From NCBI GenBank assembly GCA_043511425.1, contig CP121331.1:1894315-1958314 (forward strand): 64,000 bases of DNA. The letters run 5' to 3'. The notes under the pieces were generated by a model. It saw only the letters and a program-made list of their open reading frames with translations. It had not been told where the DNA came from and did no database searches. Within the stretch, counting starts at the first letter, position 1. Every line of letters starts with the position of its first letter. This DNA comes from Sphingobacteriales bacterium (GTDB lineage Bacteria > Bacteroidota > Bacteroidia > NS11-12g > UBA9320). Shown here piece by piece: positions 28,893-39,188 of the stretch. A program made the position numbers and the translations under genes.

Positions 28893-29713
28893 TGGATTAT
28901 TCTTTTATTCTTACGCTCTTCTTCTTTGGTATCCTCGGCGGTTTTATAAGCGGCTTACTCGGTGTAGGTGGTGGCATTATTTTCGTTCCAATTCTGAGTA
29001 CATCATTAGCATCACTAGGTTATGGTGACGAAGAACTTGCGAAGTACATCCTTGCCAATTCATTCGCGGCTACATTCTTTGCTGGGGCTATAAGCACGTT
29101 CAAGCAATATAAACTAAACTCTTTCTACCCTAGAGAGATTCTACTTACTGCCTCGCTTGCGATTCCTGCTAGTCTGCTTATCTCTCATCTAATAGCGGCG
29201 GGGACCTGGTACAATAAAGAAAAATTTAGCTACTTTTTTATATTCCTCCTTGCATTCATGTTATACCGCATGATCGCATCTTCCAAAAGTGTATTTAAAC
29301 CAAACTCGAGGGAAATTAAACCATGGCACTACCCTATTACAGGAGCACTTTCCGGCCTCATATCCGGACTATCTGGACTAGGCGGAGGAGTCATTATGGT
29401 ACCTCTATTTACCCAATACTTAAAACTCGATATAAAAAAAGCAGCGTCCATAAGTATAGGTGTGATTCCTACTATGATGATACCAATGCTTATTTTATAC
29501 GGGACCTATACTCCAACGCAAGAAATAATAGAATGGCACTGGGGCTACTTACTCCCGAGCATATTCCTCCCACTCGTAGCAGGATTATTATTTGCTGCAC
29601 CTCTCGGTGTATCTGTGGGCCAAAAGGCATCAAGTAAGTATCTCAAAATTATATTTGCTGTACTCGTATTCATCGTAATTATTAAAACCATTGCAAGCAT
29701 CATTTTTACATAA
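28892..29713 (+). CDS. Sulfite exporter TauE/SafE family membrane protein
   Basis: Two GxGGG(I/V) repeats (GVGGGIIFVPIL and GLGGGVIMVPLF). Confidence 0.7.
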   Translation: MDYSFILTLFFFGILGGFISGLLGVGGGIIFVPILSTSLASLGYGDEELAKYILANSFAATFFAGAISTFKQYKLNSFYPREILLTASLAIPASLLISHLIAAGTWYNKEKFSYFFIFLLAFMLYRMIASSKSVFKPNSREIKPWHYPITGALSGLISGLSGLGGGVIMVPLFTQYLKLDIKKAASISIGVIPTMMIPMLILYGTYTPTQEIIEWHWGYLLPSIFLPLVAGLLFAAPLGVSVGQKASSKYLKIIFAVLVFIVIIKTIASIIFT

Positions 29714-31388
29714 CACCAAAAAAGTAATTCTACTCATCGTATTGGCTATAACCGTCAATTCATATGCTCAGAAACCACACTTTAAGGATAAGAAAGTCTC
29801 TAAAGAAGTCCTAAATCATATTTCTGCGTTAGCCAGTGATAGCATGCAGGGCAGGTATACAGCTACGGCAGGTGAGCGTATGGCAGCGGAGTATATTGCA
29901 AAAGAATTTGAAGCGATAGGACTAGCTCCTGCAGGAAGACAAGAATACTATCAACCTATGATAGTACCCAATATGCGCATGGCTAAGCAGAACACGTCAC
30001 TAATCCTTGGAGATGATACCATGACCCTGTTTACCGATTTTTATCCAATTAGCCTTTCTACAAATAGAGGTCAGTATCAAGGTGAAATTGTCAATATAGG
30101 TTATGGAATCGCAGATGATGGACTAAAGCACAATGACTACAAAGACAAAGAGCTTCAAGGCAAAGCTGTGATGATAAATATAGGGATACCTGGAGGAAGC
30201 AACCCGCACAATAGATTCATCGGATGGGAAGACTTGGAATATAGGGTAGAATATGCCAAATCTAAAGGAGCAGTGGCAGTTGTCCTATATGCTTCAGACA
30301 GCACCAAAGCACCTTCCGGTACCTTGGTAAAGACAGTAGAAAATTCTGCTATACCTGTAGTGTACAGCACCAAAAATCTAAGTACAATCACCAGCGCAGC
30401 TTCTGAAATAGTTGTAGACATATTGTTTCTCAGCACCAATGCGCACAATGTACTCGGCTATATAGACCACGGGGCTCAGAATACTGTAATCGTAGGTGCG
30501 CATCATGACCATATAGGAAAAGGTAGGAAGGGAGGCTCCTGGGAAGAAAATCCAATGGAAGTACATAACGGTGCCGACGATAATGCAAGTGGTGTAGCAG
30601 GTCTCTTTATATTAGCTAGAGAAATAAAACGTAAACCGCGAAAGTATAAGAATAACAACTACCTATTCATCGCCTTTACGGGACAAGAACAGGGAGAACT
30701 TGGTTCCAAGTATTTTATAACTAGCGACTTATATGCTAAGTATGATGTGAACTACATGGTAAACTTAGACATGATAGGACACCTAGACAGCACTAGTAAG
30801 ACCCTCCTAATAAATGGTGTTGGAACATCTCCTACTTGGAATAAAGCAATAGCCAAAACTAAAATCTGTAAACGAAAAATTGCCAAAATAAAAACTACTG
30901 AAAGCGGTATTGGTCCTTCCGACCACATGTCATTTTATGTAAATGGGATTCCTGCGGTGCATTTTTCCACCGGACATCATCAGCACTATCATACGTCTAC
31001 TGATGACGTGTCTATTATAAATGCTGGAGGAGAAGCATATGCATTGCGCTATATCTGGAAGCTTATGCGCACACTAGACCAACAAGGTAAAGTAGCCTAC
31101 AGTAAAACCAAAGATGGGAATACGATGTTAAATTCAAAAGTTACCTTAGGTATCGTGCTTGACGAAGTATATGAAGGTGCGGGACTAAAAGTAGCAGGCG
31201 TCAATAATAATAAAAAAGGGAATAAAGTAGGACTCTTGAGTGGAGATGTTATACTTAACGTTGGACCACATAAAATCCAAAACCTGCAAGATTATATCGA
31301 CGCCTTGAATACCTTTAATCCAAGTGATGAAACTACACTTACCATTAAAAGGGGGACTGAAACTAAACTATTAAACGTGCAATTTTAG
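29691..31388 (+). CDS. M28 family peptidase with C-terminal PDZ domain
   Basis: HHDHIG and ADDNASGVAGL Zn-ligand motifs. C-terminal PDZ-like region. Start codon uncertain, overlapping the upstream gene. Confidence 0.65.
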   Translation: MQASFLHNTKKVILLIVLAITVNSYAQKPHFKDKKVSKEVLNHISALASDSMQGRYTATAGERMAAEYIAKEFEAIGLAPAGRQEYYQPMIVPNMRMAKQNTSLILGDDTMTLFTDFYPISLSTNRGQYQGEIVNIGYGIADDGLKHNDYKDKELQGKAVMINIGIPGGSNPHNRFIGWEDLEYRVEYAKSKGAVAVVLYASDSTKAPSGTLVKTVENSAIPVVYSTKNLSTITSAASEIVVDILFLSTNAHNVLGYIDHGAQNTVIVGAHHDHIGKGRKGGSWEENPMEVHNGADDNASGVAGLFILAREIKRKPRKYKNNNYLFIAFTGQEQGELGSKYFITSDLYAKYDVNYMVNLDMIGHLDSTSKTLLINGVGTSPTWNKAIAKTKICKRKIAKIKTTESGIGPSDHMSFYVNGIPAVHFSTGHHQHYHTSTDDVSIINAGGEAYALRYIWKLMRTLDQQGKVAYSKTKDGNTMLNSKVTLGIVLDEVYEGAGLKVAGVNNNKKGNKVGLLSGDVILNVGPHKIQNLQDYIDALNTFNPSDETTLTIKRGTETKLLNVQF

Positions 31389-31390
31389 GA

Positions 31391-32341
31391 ATGAAACTAA
31401 CAGAATACATCCAACCCAATAAAACACTTTTCTCCTTTGAGGTTTTACCTCCACTAAAAGGAAAGAGTATAGATTCACTCTACAATGCGATAGACCCACT
31501 CATGGAGTTTAAACCTTCTTTTGTAGATGTGACCTATCACCGTGAAGAGTATATAGAGCGCCCCCGAAAAGATGGTGGTTATGATAAAATCAGCACCAAG
31601 AAAAGACCTGGCACCGTAGCTATATGTGCTGCCATTATGAATAAGTATCAAGTAGAGGCTGTGCCTCATCTTATCTGTGGTGGGTTTAGCAAGGATGAGA
31701 CTGAAAATGCACTTATTGACCTCGCATTCTTAGGTATAGAAAATGTACTCGCTCTGCGTGGGGACAATCTTAAGAATGAACGGAATTTTATTCCTGAAAA
31801 AAATGGGAACGGTAACTCGCTCGACCTCATACGCCAAATAGGTGACATGAATAATGGTGTATATCAGGACCAAGAATTACAAAATGCGACTGAAACAAAT
31901 TTCTGTATAGGAGCCGCTGGTTATCCTGAGAAGCACATAGACGCTGCCAATATGCAGAGTGATCTCAAGTTTCTCAAACGAAAAGTAGATGCAGGTGCAG
32001 AATTTATTACTACTCAAATGTTTTTTGACAATAAAAAATACTTTGACTATGTAGACATGTGCAGAGAAGCAGGCATTAATGTGCCCATTATACCTGGGAT
32101 AAAACCGATCACAAAAAAAGCGCACCTACGGGCTCTTCCTAGCATCTTTAATATGGATATCCCTGAGCCTTTAGCCAGTGAATTGCACGATGCAAAAGAT
32201 GACGCCGCAGCGAGACAGATAGGATTAGAATGGTGTATACAACAGTGTAAAGAACTCAAAGCAGCCAATGTACCTGCACTGCACTTCTACACTATGAGTT
32301 TCTCATCAAGCACCAAAGAAGTAGTCTCTAAAGTATTTTAA
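31391..32341 (+). CDS. metF: 5,10-methylenetetrahydrofolate reductase
   Basis: FSFEVLPP N-terminal motif. About 316 aa. Confidence 0.8.
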   Translation: MKLTEYIQPNKTLFSFEVLPPLKGKSIDSLYNAIDPLMEFKPSFVDVTYHREEYIERPRKDGGYDKISTKKRPGTVAICAAIMNKYQVEAVPHLICGGFSKDETENALIDLAFLGIENVLALRGDNLKNERNFIPEKNGNGNSLDLIRQIGDMNNGVYQDQELQNATETNFCIGAAGYPEKHIDAANMQSDLKFLKRKVDAGAEFITTQMFFDNKKYFDYVDMCREAGINVPIIPGIKPITKKAHLRALPSIFNMDIPEPLASELHDAKDDAAARQIGLEWCIQQCKELKAANVPALHFYTMSFSSSTKEVVSKVF

Positions 32342-32351
32342 ATCCATACGA

Positions 32352-33257
32352 ATGCAAGGCGTAGTAACTAAATCCACAGGTAGCTGGTACAAGGTCCTGG
32401 TAAACGGTGAGCAAGTAGACGCCCGACTAAGGGGAAAAATAAGAACCTTAGAACTTAAAAGTACAAATCCAGTCGTAGTAGGAGACCATGTACTGCTGGA
32501 TTTCGTAGAAGAAGAGTACTCCATACGGGAAGTACTGGATCGAGATAACTGTATAGTACGCCGTAGCAATAAGCTTAGCAAACAGTTTCAAATCATCGCT
32601 GCTAACATAGACAGAGCTTTTCTAATCGTATCTCCTGCCAAACCCCATACTCCGATGGGTTTTATAGACCGGTTTTTAGCTACGTCAGAAGCCTATGAAA
32701 TCCCAGTGACCATCCTTATAAATAAGAGTGATCTAGATACTAAAAAGGCCAATAATCATCGTGAAGTGCTCCTCGACCTCTACCCTTCTATAGGATATGA
32801 AACCTATAGTTTTAGTTTTCTTGAGGAAGAAAGTATAGCTAAAGTATTGGACCTCGTATCTGATAAATGCGTGCTACTGGCCGGCAATTCAGGGGTAGGT
32901 AAGAGTACCCTTATAAATGCGCTACTGCCTGGTTCTGCACAAAAAGTAAGTGCTATTTCTACCTCATACGACAAAGGAAGACACACTACTACATTCGCTC
33001 AGATGTTTCTTGGAGAAAATGGATGTAAGATTATAGATACCCCCGGAATCAAAGATTTTGGAATTGTGAATGTAGAACCTGCACAAGTAAGCCATTACTT
33101 CCCCGAGATGCGTGACCTGCTTTCCCAGTGTAAGTTTAATAACTGTGTGCATACCGAAGAACCAGAGTGCCGCATCAAAGAAGCCGTAGAACAAGGAGAA
33201 ATACCCGTCTCACGCTATGTCAACTATCTCGGCATACTGGAAGAGGTTACCAAATAA
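32352..33257 (+). CDS. rsgA: Ribosome small-subunit-dependent GTPase A
   Basis: LAGNSGVGKSTLINAL P-loop. C-terminal Cys/His zinc motif. Confidence 0.8.
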   Translation: MQGVVTKSTGSWYKVLVNGEQVDARLRGKIRTLELKSTNPVVVGDHVLLDFVEEEYSIREVLDRDNCIVRRSNKLSKQFQIIAANIDRAFLIVSPAKPHTPMGFIDRFLATSEAYEIPVTILINKSDLDTKKANNHREVLLDLYPSIGYETYSFSFLEEESIAKVLDLVSDKCVLLAGNSGVGKSTLINALLPGSAQKVSAISTSYDKGRHTTTFAQMFLGENGCKIIDTPGIKDFGIVNVEPAQVSHYFPEMRDLLSQCKFNNCVHTEEPECRIKEAVEQGEIPVSRYVNYLGILEEVTK

Positions 33258-33400
33258 TTCAGTATCCATTTAGGGCCGTTTTAGTTGTCATGAAAAGGTA
33301 TTTTTCTAATGACTATTTTTTGACTTTGTTTAGGTTTTTCGCTAAAACACTAAACAATTTTCTATGTTAAATACCCATAACTATTAACGAATTAAACATT

Positions 33401-34357
33401 ATGATTAAAAACACTTTTCTTTATGCAATGCTATTTTTAGCATCTTTAACTTTTGTAGGTTGCTCGGATGATCCTGAGGATACTACACCACAGCCTGCAG
33501 CGACTTCTTCTAATACTATAGTTGATATAGCAGGTGGTGAAGATTTTACCACATTGGCAGCCGCACTGGAACGCGCAGGTCTCATCGAAACTTTACAAGG
33601 AGAAGGTCCTTTCACGGTATTCGCTCCAACTAATGCAGCTTTTGACGCACTTCTAGCCGAGCTAAAAATTGAAGGATTAGATCAAGTAAGTAATGCTCAA
33701 TTGACAGAAATACTATTGAATCACGTGGTAAGCGGTAAAGTATTATCTGCGGGCTATGTAAATACACTAGCCACAGGTGCGCAAGACACAAAAATTTCTG
33801 TATTAGTAGATCTTACCGATGGAGTAAAACTAAATAACAGAGCTACAGTAACTACTCCTAATATAGACGCTGATAATGGCGTGGTATATGTTATTAATAA
33901 TGTCCTCACCGTTCCAAGCATAGTGGATGCAGCACTAGCAAATGCTAATTTTAGCATACTCGTGGAAGCTCTCACAGATTCAAGATTAGCAAGCGCTGAT
34001 TTCGTAAACACTTTAAATGGCGATGGACCTTTCACCGTATTTGCTCCAACGAATGCAGCATTTCAAAATCTACTCGACAGCAATGATGATTGGAATAGCT
34101 TAGCAGATATACCAGCAGCTACCCTTGAGGCAGTATTAAAGTATCATGTAGTAGTAGGAGATAACGTAACCTCTGGTGAAATCGTAGATGGACTTACTCC
34201 TACCACTTTCGAAGGAAGTACATTTACCATAAACACTACAAATGGTGTGGTAATTACAGATAAAGGTGGAAACGAATCTACCGTTCAAATAGCAGACGTA
34301 CAAACCAGTAATGGTGTAATACACGCTATCAATAGAGTACTCTTACCACTAGAGTAA
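33401..34357 (+). CDS. Fasciclin (FAS1) domain lipoprotein with two FAS1 domains
   Basis: GPFTVFAPTNAAF appears twice. Confidence 0.75.
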   Translation: MIKNTFLYAMLFLASLTFVGCSDDPEDTTPQPAATSSNTIVDIAGGEDFTTLAAALERAGLIETLQGEGPFTVFAPTNAAFDALLAELKIEGLDQVSNAQLTEILLNHVVSGKVLSAGYVNTLATGAQDTKISVLVDLTDGVKLNNRATVTTPNIDADNGVVYVINNVLTVPSIVDAALANANFSILVEALTDSRLASADFVNTLNGDGPFTVFAPTNAAFQNLLDSNDDWNSLADIPAATLEAVLKYHVVVGDNVTSGEIVDGLTPTTFEGSTFTINTTNGVVITDKGGNESTVQIADVQTSNGVIHAINRVLLPLE

Positions 34358-34398
34358 GTTTATTCTACCAAAAATTTTGGTTAGTTTAAGTACGAATA

Positions 34399-34434
34399 CC
34401 TGTGGTGCGAGAGTGCCACGGGTATTTTTTTGTA
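34399..34434 (+). terminator. Rho-independent terminator (CCUGUGG…CCACGGG then U7)
   Basis: Seen directly in the sequence after the 33401-34357 gene. Confidence 0.5.
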
Positions 34435-34492
34435 CAAAAAATACTAGCTAGCACAAAATGGTTTTAGGCTATAAAAAGCAGTAACAGTCCTA

Positions 34493-34942
34493 TTAAAGTA
34501 TCACTAATCCACCTTCATTATTGCGAACCTTTACTTCCCAAGTACGGTCTGCTAATAGTAAGACTGAGGCTAAAAATGCATCATAAGGCATACGCTCACC
34601 CCACTCATCCGGAGATATGAATGAAAGAATTTTACCTCCGTCCTTTTCATACAGATGGTATAGCTCTCCTATTTTCGGAGTGAATTTCATTTCTGCCTCG
34701 TAGATACCGTAAGAAACCTCCAGACGAGCTTCTATTTCTCGTACCTGTGACATTATCACATCCGCTTGTTTTTTAAGCATTGCGATTTGCTGGTTGGCCT
34801 GCTTCTGCATGGTCTCAACAGCACTCGCTTTTATCTTTCCCTTATTCTCCGCCTTAATCATAGGCGAGGAGACGCTGAGCGGAATAGGTGAGAACTTGGC
34901 TTCACCGGTATAATAAGGCTTGTTGTCTTTTTCTTCGCTCAT
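34493..34942 (-). CDS. Hypothetical protein
   Basis: 149-aa ORF with good coding periodicity. Confidence 0.45.
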   Translation of the reverse strand: MSEEKDNKPYYTGEAKFSPIPLSVSSPMIKAENKGKIKASAVETMQKQANQQIAMLKKQADVIMSQVREIEARLEVSYGIYEAEMKFTPKIGELYHLYEKDGGKILSFISPDEWGERMPYDAFLASVLLLADRTWEVKVRNNEGGLVIL

Positions 34943-35087
34943 TTAAGGATAGTAACGTTTTAGAGTTTATATGGTTCTACATAAATGTAAAACTCACACT
35001 GAACTAACATCTACGCAAAGTTTAAAAAATATTTACAGACTATACTTTGTTATCAAAACTTTGATTTCCTATCCTTGTTACTATCAT

Positions 35088-35702
35088 ATGAACAAACTAT
35101 TCATCCTAGCAGTAATAGCTTTAGCCAGCTGCTTACCTAAAACTAAAACGACTTCTGCAACTGCAGAGGTAAATACCACAAACGAAGAAATAAGCATGGA
35201 ATCATCAGAAGACATCATTGGAATCAAAGACTTCCACTACTACAGTATCCCTAGTTTAGACGAGAATAGTACATTAAACATGGCCGACTACAAAGGCAAG
35301 AAAATACTAGTCGTAAATGTAGCCTCTAAGTGTGGATATACTTCTCAATATGAAGGCTTACAGGAACTAAACCAGAAGTACGGAGATCAAGTACAGGTAA
35401 TCGGGTTCCCGTGCAATCAGTTTATGGGACAAGAGCCCGGTGGCAAGGAAGAGATCGCTGAATTTTGCAGTAAAACATATGGAGTAACCTTTCCTATGAC
35501 TACCAAGATAGACGTAAAAGGAGATAACCAACATGCTATATATAAGTGGCTTACCAATAAATCTGAAAACCAAGTAGGCGATTTTAAGGTAAGTTGGAAT
35601 TTCAATAAATTCCTGATAGATGAAAATGGAAAACTCATAGCACACTACGATAGTAAGGTGACTCCTATGAGTGATGAGCTTATAGCGGCTATCAAAGGGT
35701 AG
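35088..35702 (+). CDS. gpx: Glutathione peroxidase
   Basis: VNVASKCGYT and FPCNQF motifs. The track ORF starts at 34971, but the signal peptide begins at the ATG at 35088. Confidence 0.8.
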   Translation: MNKLFILAVIALASCLPKTKTTSATAEVNTTNEEISMESSEDIIGIKDFHYYSIPSLDENSTLNMADYKGKKILVVNVASKCGYTSQYEGLQELNQKYGDQVQVIGFPCNQFMGQEPGGKEEIAEFCSKTYGVTFPMTTKIDVKGDNQHAIYKWLTNKSENQVGDFKVSWNFNKFLIDENGKLIAHYDSKVTPMSDELIAAIKG

Positions 35703-35724
35703 CAACTATTTGATTAACTAAACC

Positions 35725-35755
35725 TTAAGCCTTCCCCTGGGAAGGCTTTTTTTAT
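35725..35755. terminator. Bidirectional terminator (AAGCCTTCC…GGAAGGCTT then T7)
   Basis: Sits between convergent genes. Confidence 0.6.
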
Positions 35756-35791
35756 ACTATCGTGGGTAATAACTCTATTAGGTCTCTACAT

Positions 35792-37708
35792 CTAATTTTC
35801 CACCTTAGCAAACTTTACGACCACCACTTCTCCTCCAGCGATAGCTCGAACAAAGTATACTCCATTGGCTAGGCCATCTAACTGTATGCTAGTGACCTCA
35901 TTTTTTAGTTCTTCTACAGCGACATTTCGGACTAGTCTGCCTTGCATATCCAACAGTTCTATATTATCAAGTTTTCTGTCTTTTACAAATACTGAGATAG
36001 CATTATTGCTCGGATTAGGATAGACACTCACGCTAGATAAATCTATGTGAGAGCCTTCTATCAGTGTATTCTTGGTAATCAGCCAATAATTAGGATCAAA
36101 CTCTAAATCTTCCACCTTAAATCCCAAATCTACTACTAGCACTTCTTCTTCGCTGGTATGCTCTATAGTAAATAAGCTGTCCATCCCTCTGCCTGTAGCT
36201 CTCATCTGTATAGTCAGTGGAAAGAATGGTACTGAAGGGTGAGACGTAGTCTGATTTAAGGTAAGTCTTATCTTACTGTCTGAAATCCTATTCCATCGAG
36301 TAACTAGGATAGGAAAACCTTCTTTATATACATACCGGTCAAAAAACGGATCTAAATCCATACCACTGGATGCTTCTATGGCATCCTGAAAATCTTGCGT
36401 ATACGCAAATCCATAGCATAAATCTGCGTCTGCCATATAGTTTCTGGTCCCTGCAAAGAAGGCACTATCTACTACCTCCCACCGAAGCTGGTGAAGCACT
36501 GCACTCCCTTTACGGTAACGAATATCCCCACTAAATAGCACATTTAAATTGCTCGTATCATATGCATATACCGACCCACCATCATTTCGTATGGTTCGCG
36601 TAATACTCTCTCTCAGGAATTCGTGAAAAAACGCCTTAGGCTTTACAAGCTCTCTAGCTATAGCATTGGTATACGTGGCCCAACCTTCATTCAGCCATAG
36701 GTCCTTCCACGATCCGCAGGTTATTTTATCTCCAAACCATTGATGCCCAAGTTCGTGAGCCATGAGGTCAAAATCTAGCGACGCCATAAAACTCATAGTC
36801 TGGTGCTCCATACCGCCGCCTCTCATAAACATGGCGTGCCCATACTTTTCGTCCTTGAACGGATAGTCCCCAAATAAGCTATCAAAGCCGCGCATCATGC
36901 CATCTATTTCCCAACGTAAAGTATCTGCTTGAGACTTATACGTAGGGTAAAGATAGTCTAACATGTATACACTATCACCACCCGATAGCTGTATGTGATG
37001 ACTCTCTTCGTAGTAATTACTCACTGCGACAGCTACTAGATATGTAGCTACAGGATGCCTATGCTTCCAATGGTACACAAGACTATTATCCGCTAAAGTA
37101 TCTACCGCCTCCAGTGTTCCTAGTCCTGCCGCCATATTCCCTTTGGGTATAGTGATTTCCATATCAAAAGAATCAATCTTATCGTACAGCTGCTGCTTAC
37201 ACGGCCACCACCCATAGGCACCATACGGCTGTGATAGTGTCCACGCTATAGGTCCTGCAGGTTGATTGTCAAAAGTGAAGGCACGCTGATCACTCTTACT
37301 TGGATCTCCTCTATAATAGACTGTAGTGGTAAGCCTATCTCCTGTCTGGCTAGTAGGTATAGGTATAGTGACTGCATTATTCATTGTGGTATAGCCTGTG
37401 ATTTTCTGTTCATCTACCCAAACTGAGTCTACTATCATATTACTCGTAAGATCGTAGGCTATATGTGTGGCATTATCTTCCAATACGGTTAGTTCTGTGT
37501 AGATGTTTCCGACAATATTTCTCACAGTAGGGACTATGTCTAGTGTCATTTTCTGATACGTAACATCGTACTCACTACCTGTGCGTTTACTCTTAAAGCT
37601 TCGGAGACCCTCATACGCTGCTCTCTCTCCTTTTATCAGTGCCTCCATGTCTTGGGCACAGAGTGTATGCATCAGCATACTCACTAAAAATAGTATTACA
37701 TACCTCAT
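35792..37708 (-). CDS. M1 family aminopeptidase with T9SS C-terminal sorting domain
   Basis: HELGHQWFGD and NEGWATY motifs. C-terminal VYPNPSNN…GVYFVRA. Confidence 0.75.
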   Translation of the reverse strand: MRYVILFLVSMLMHTLCAQDMEALIKGERAAYEGLRSFKSKRTGSEYDVTYQKMTLDIVPTVRNIVGNIYTELTVLEDNATHIAYDLTSNMIVDSVWVDEQKITGYTTMNNAVTIPIPTSQTGDRLTTTVYYRGDPSKSDQRAFTFDNQPAGPIAWTLSQPYGAYGWWPCKQQLYDKIDSFDMEITIPKGNMAAGLGTLEAVDTLADNSLVYHWKHRHPVATYLVAVAVSNYYEESHHIQLSGGDSVYMLDYLYPTYKSQADTLRWEIDGMMRGFDSLFGDYPFKDEKYGHAMFMRGGGMEHQTMSFMASLDFDLMAHELGHQWFGDKITCGSWKDLWLNEGWATYTNAIARELVKPKAFFHEFLRESITRTIRNDGGSVYAYDTSNLNVLFSGDIRYRKGSAVLHQLRWEVVDSAFFAGTRNYMADADLCYGFAYTQDFQDAIEASSGMDLDPFFDRYVYKEGFPILVTRWNRISDSKIRLTLNQTTSHPSVPFFPLTIQMRATGRGMDSLFTIEHTSEEEVLVVDLGFKVEDLEFDPNYWLITKNTLIEGSHIDLSSVSVYPNPSNNAISVFVKDRKLDNIELLDMQGRLVRNVAVEELKNEVTSIQLDGLANGVYFVRAIAGGEVVVVKFAKVEN

Positions 37709-37877
37709 CCTAATCCTACAAATTTATGCTCATAAGTGCATTCTCCATCGATTCACTCTATCATATTTTAGTCCTAACCCGAGTTCAATTATTATTTTGG
37801 ACTCAGACCGCCTTGAACTAGTGCGTTGCAACTGAATATTCAAACTCAAGTTTTAAATACGTATTTTAGCCGCTCGT

Positions 37878-38540
37878 ATGAAAAACTTTTCATTTGTATC
37901 AGCAGTGTTGATCTCTAGTCTATTCCTTTTTCAGTACCAACTCGTAGCTCAAGACAAGGTGGAGATTTCTTATGATGCGCCAGAAGGCAGAGAAAGAATA
38001 ATAAATGAACTAAATGATGTGAAGGTTCTTGAAATAATTTCCAGTGATAAAAAGGCACATCAAAAGAAGTTCACCTTACAGATAATACGCTTTCAGGAAG
38101 GCAAACCAGATACGGTATTCTCTAACGGTAGCAATTGCGATATGATGCATATACCCGTCCCTATGGCCAATGGAGATACCGCCACCTATGTCCACGATCC
38201 GTGTAAATCCCTCCTATACCTTAAAAACGCTGGTGATTTTAAGATAACTCTAGCAGGCAAGTTACAAGATTCTACCTTTTCTATGAGCATCAACTATCCG
38301 TATGGCTCCACTAAGATCGCTCTGGCTAGCAAACCAGGTTACGTACTACAAAATCCATACAGCGATGATAAACGAAAAATAGAAACCAATACTCCTACTC
38401 CTGTAGCACTTTACTTTGGTGGATACAAGCAAGGAAATGGCACCTTCTACTGTCTTGCCAAAACTGCAAAAGCAGAGGAAATGTTTCAAAAATTTCAGGT
38501 GGAAGATTATTACGTAATCTATCTCACTATCAAAGACTGA
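37878..38540 (+). CDS. Hypothetical secreted protein
   Basis: Signal peptide. 220 aa. Confidence 0.45.
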   Translation: MKNFSFVSAVLISSLFLFQYQLVAQDKVEISYDAPEGRERIINELNDVKVLEIISSDKKAHQKKFTLQIIRFQEGKPDTVFSNGSNCDMMHIPVPMANGDTATYVHDPCKSLLYLKNAGDFKITLAGKLQDSTFSMSINYPYGSTKIALASKPGYVLQNPYSDDKRKIETNTPTPVALYFGGYKQGNGTFYCLAKTAKAEEMFQKFQVEDYYVIYLTIKD

Positions 38541-38606
38541 AACACTTTTATTCCTTCCTTCTTTTACAATAGTTAATCTAGCATTTTTTTTACCTTTGCC
38601 CTAGTC

Positions 38607-39080
38607 TTGAAAAAATATCTAGCTATACTCGCTTTAGTAGCCATAAGCATCACCGCTTGCAACGAAAATGTGCTCGTAGATACATTTCACGAACTACCTG
38701 CTGACGGGTGGGGTTATGAATTTGCAGTCACCGACAGCTTTACCATAGATAAGCCAAACCACTACCACGCAGTATCAGCTAATCTTAGAGCTTCAGCAGA
38801 TTACCCTTATGCCAATATTCACCTATTGCTTACCATTACTGCACCAGACGGAGACACTACGCAAATAAAAGTACCCGTAGAATTAGCTGAGAAATCGGGG
38901 GAATGGCTAGGAAGTGGACTGGGAGATGTTTTCACCTTTCAGCGACCCATACTCCATAGAAAATACTTTAACCAAAAAGGCACATATACGGTAACGATAG
39001 TTCAAGACATGCGGCTCGAGAATCTGCCAAGTGTATCAGCAGCTGGGATACGAGTAGAAGAACAAGAAGAGATATTTTAA
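38607..39080 (+). CDS. gldH: Gliding-motility lipoprotein GldH-like
   Basis: About 157-aa lipoprotein (ITAC). The pattern N(I/L)R…Y(K/P)Y(A/S)N…L…G.WLG.G.G…G.Y…MR matches GldH as I recall it. TTG start. Confidence 0.5.
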   Translation: MKKYLAILALVAISITACNENVLVDTFHELPADGWGYEFAVTDSFTIDKPNHYHAVSANLRASADYPYANIHLLLTITAPDGDTTQIKVPVELAEKSGEWLGSGLGDVFTFQRPILHRKYFNQKGTYTVTIVQDMRLENLPSVSAAGIRVEEQEEIF

Positions 39081-39188
39081 TAAAAGCATATGAACCATTA
39101 CGACGTATCCACTTTGATGCTTTCGCTAAAAGCAAACGACCAAGGTGTAAACGCAGTAGAATCAGTTATAAAAGCATAATCAAGAACA

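Noticed and set aside
34971-35087. 39-codon N-terminal extension of the glutathione peroxidase ORF
   Set aside because: The signal peptide starts at the internal ATG at 35088, and the upstream residues have non-coding composition.
39118-39134. TGCTTT-cgcta-AAAGCA hairpin after the gldH-like gene as a terminator
   Set aside because: The stem is not followed by a T-run. lpdA starts about 55 bp downstream, so it is more likely part of its leader.
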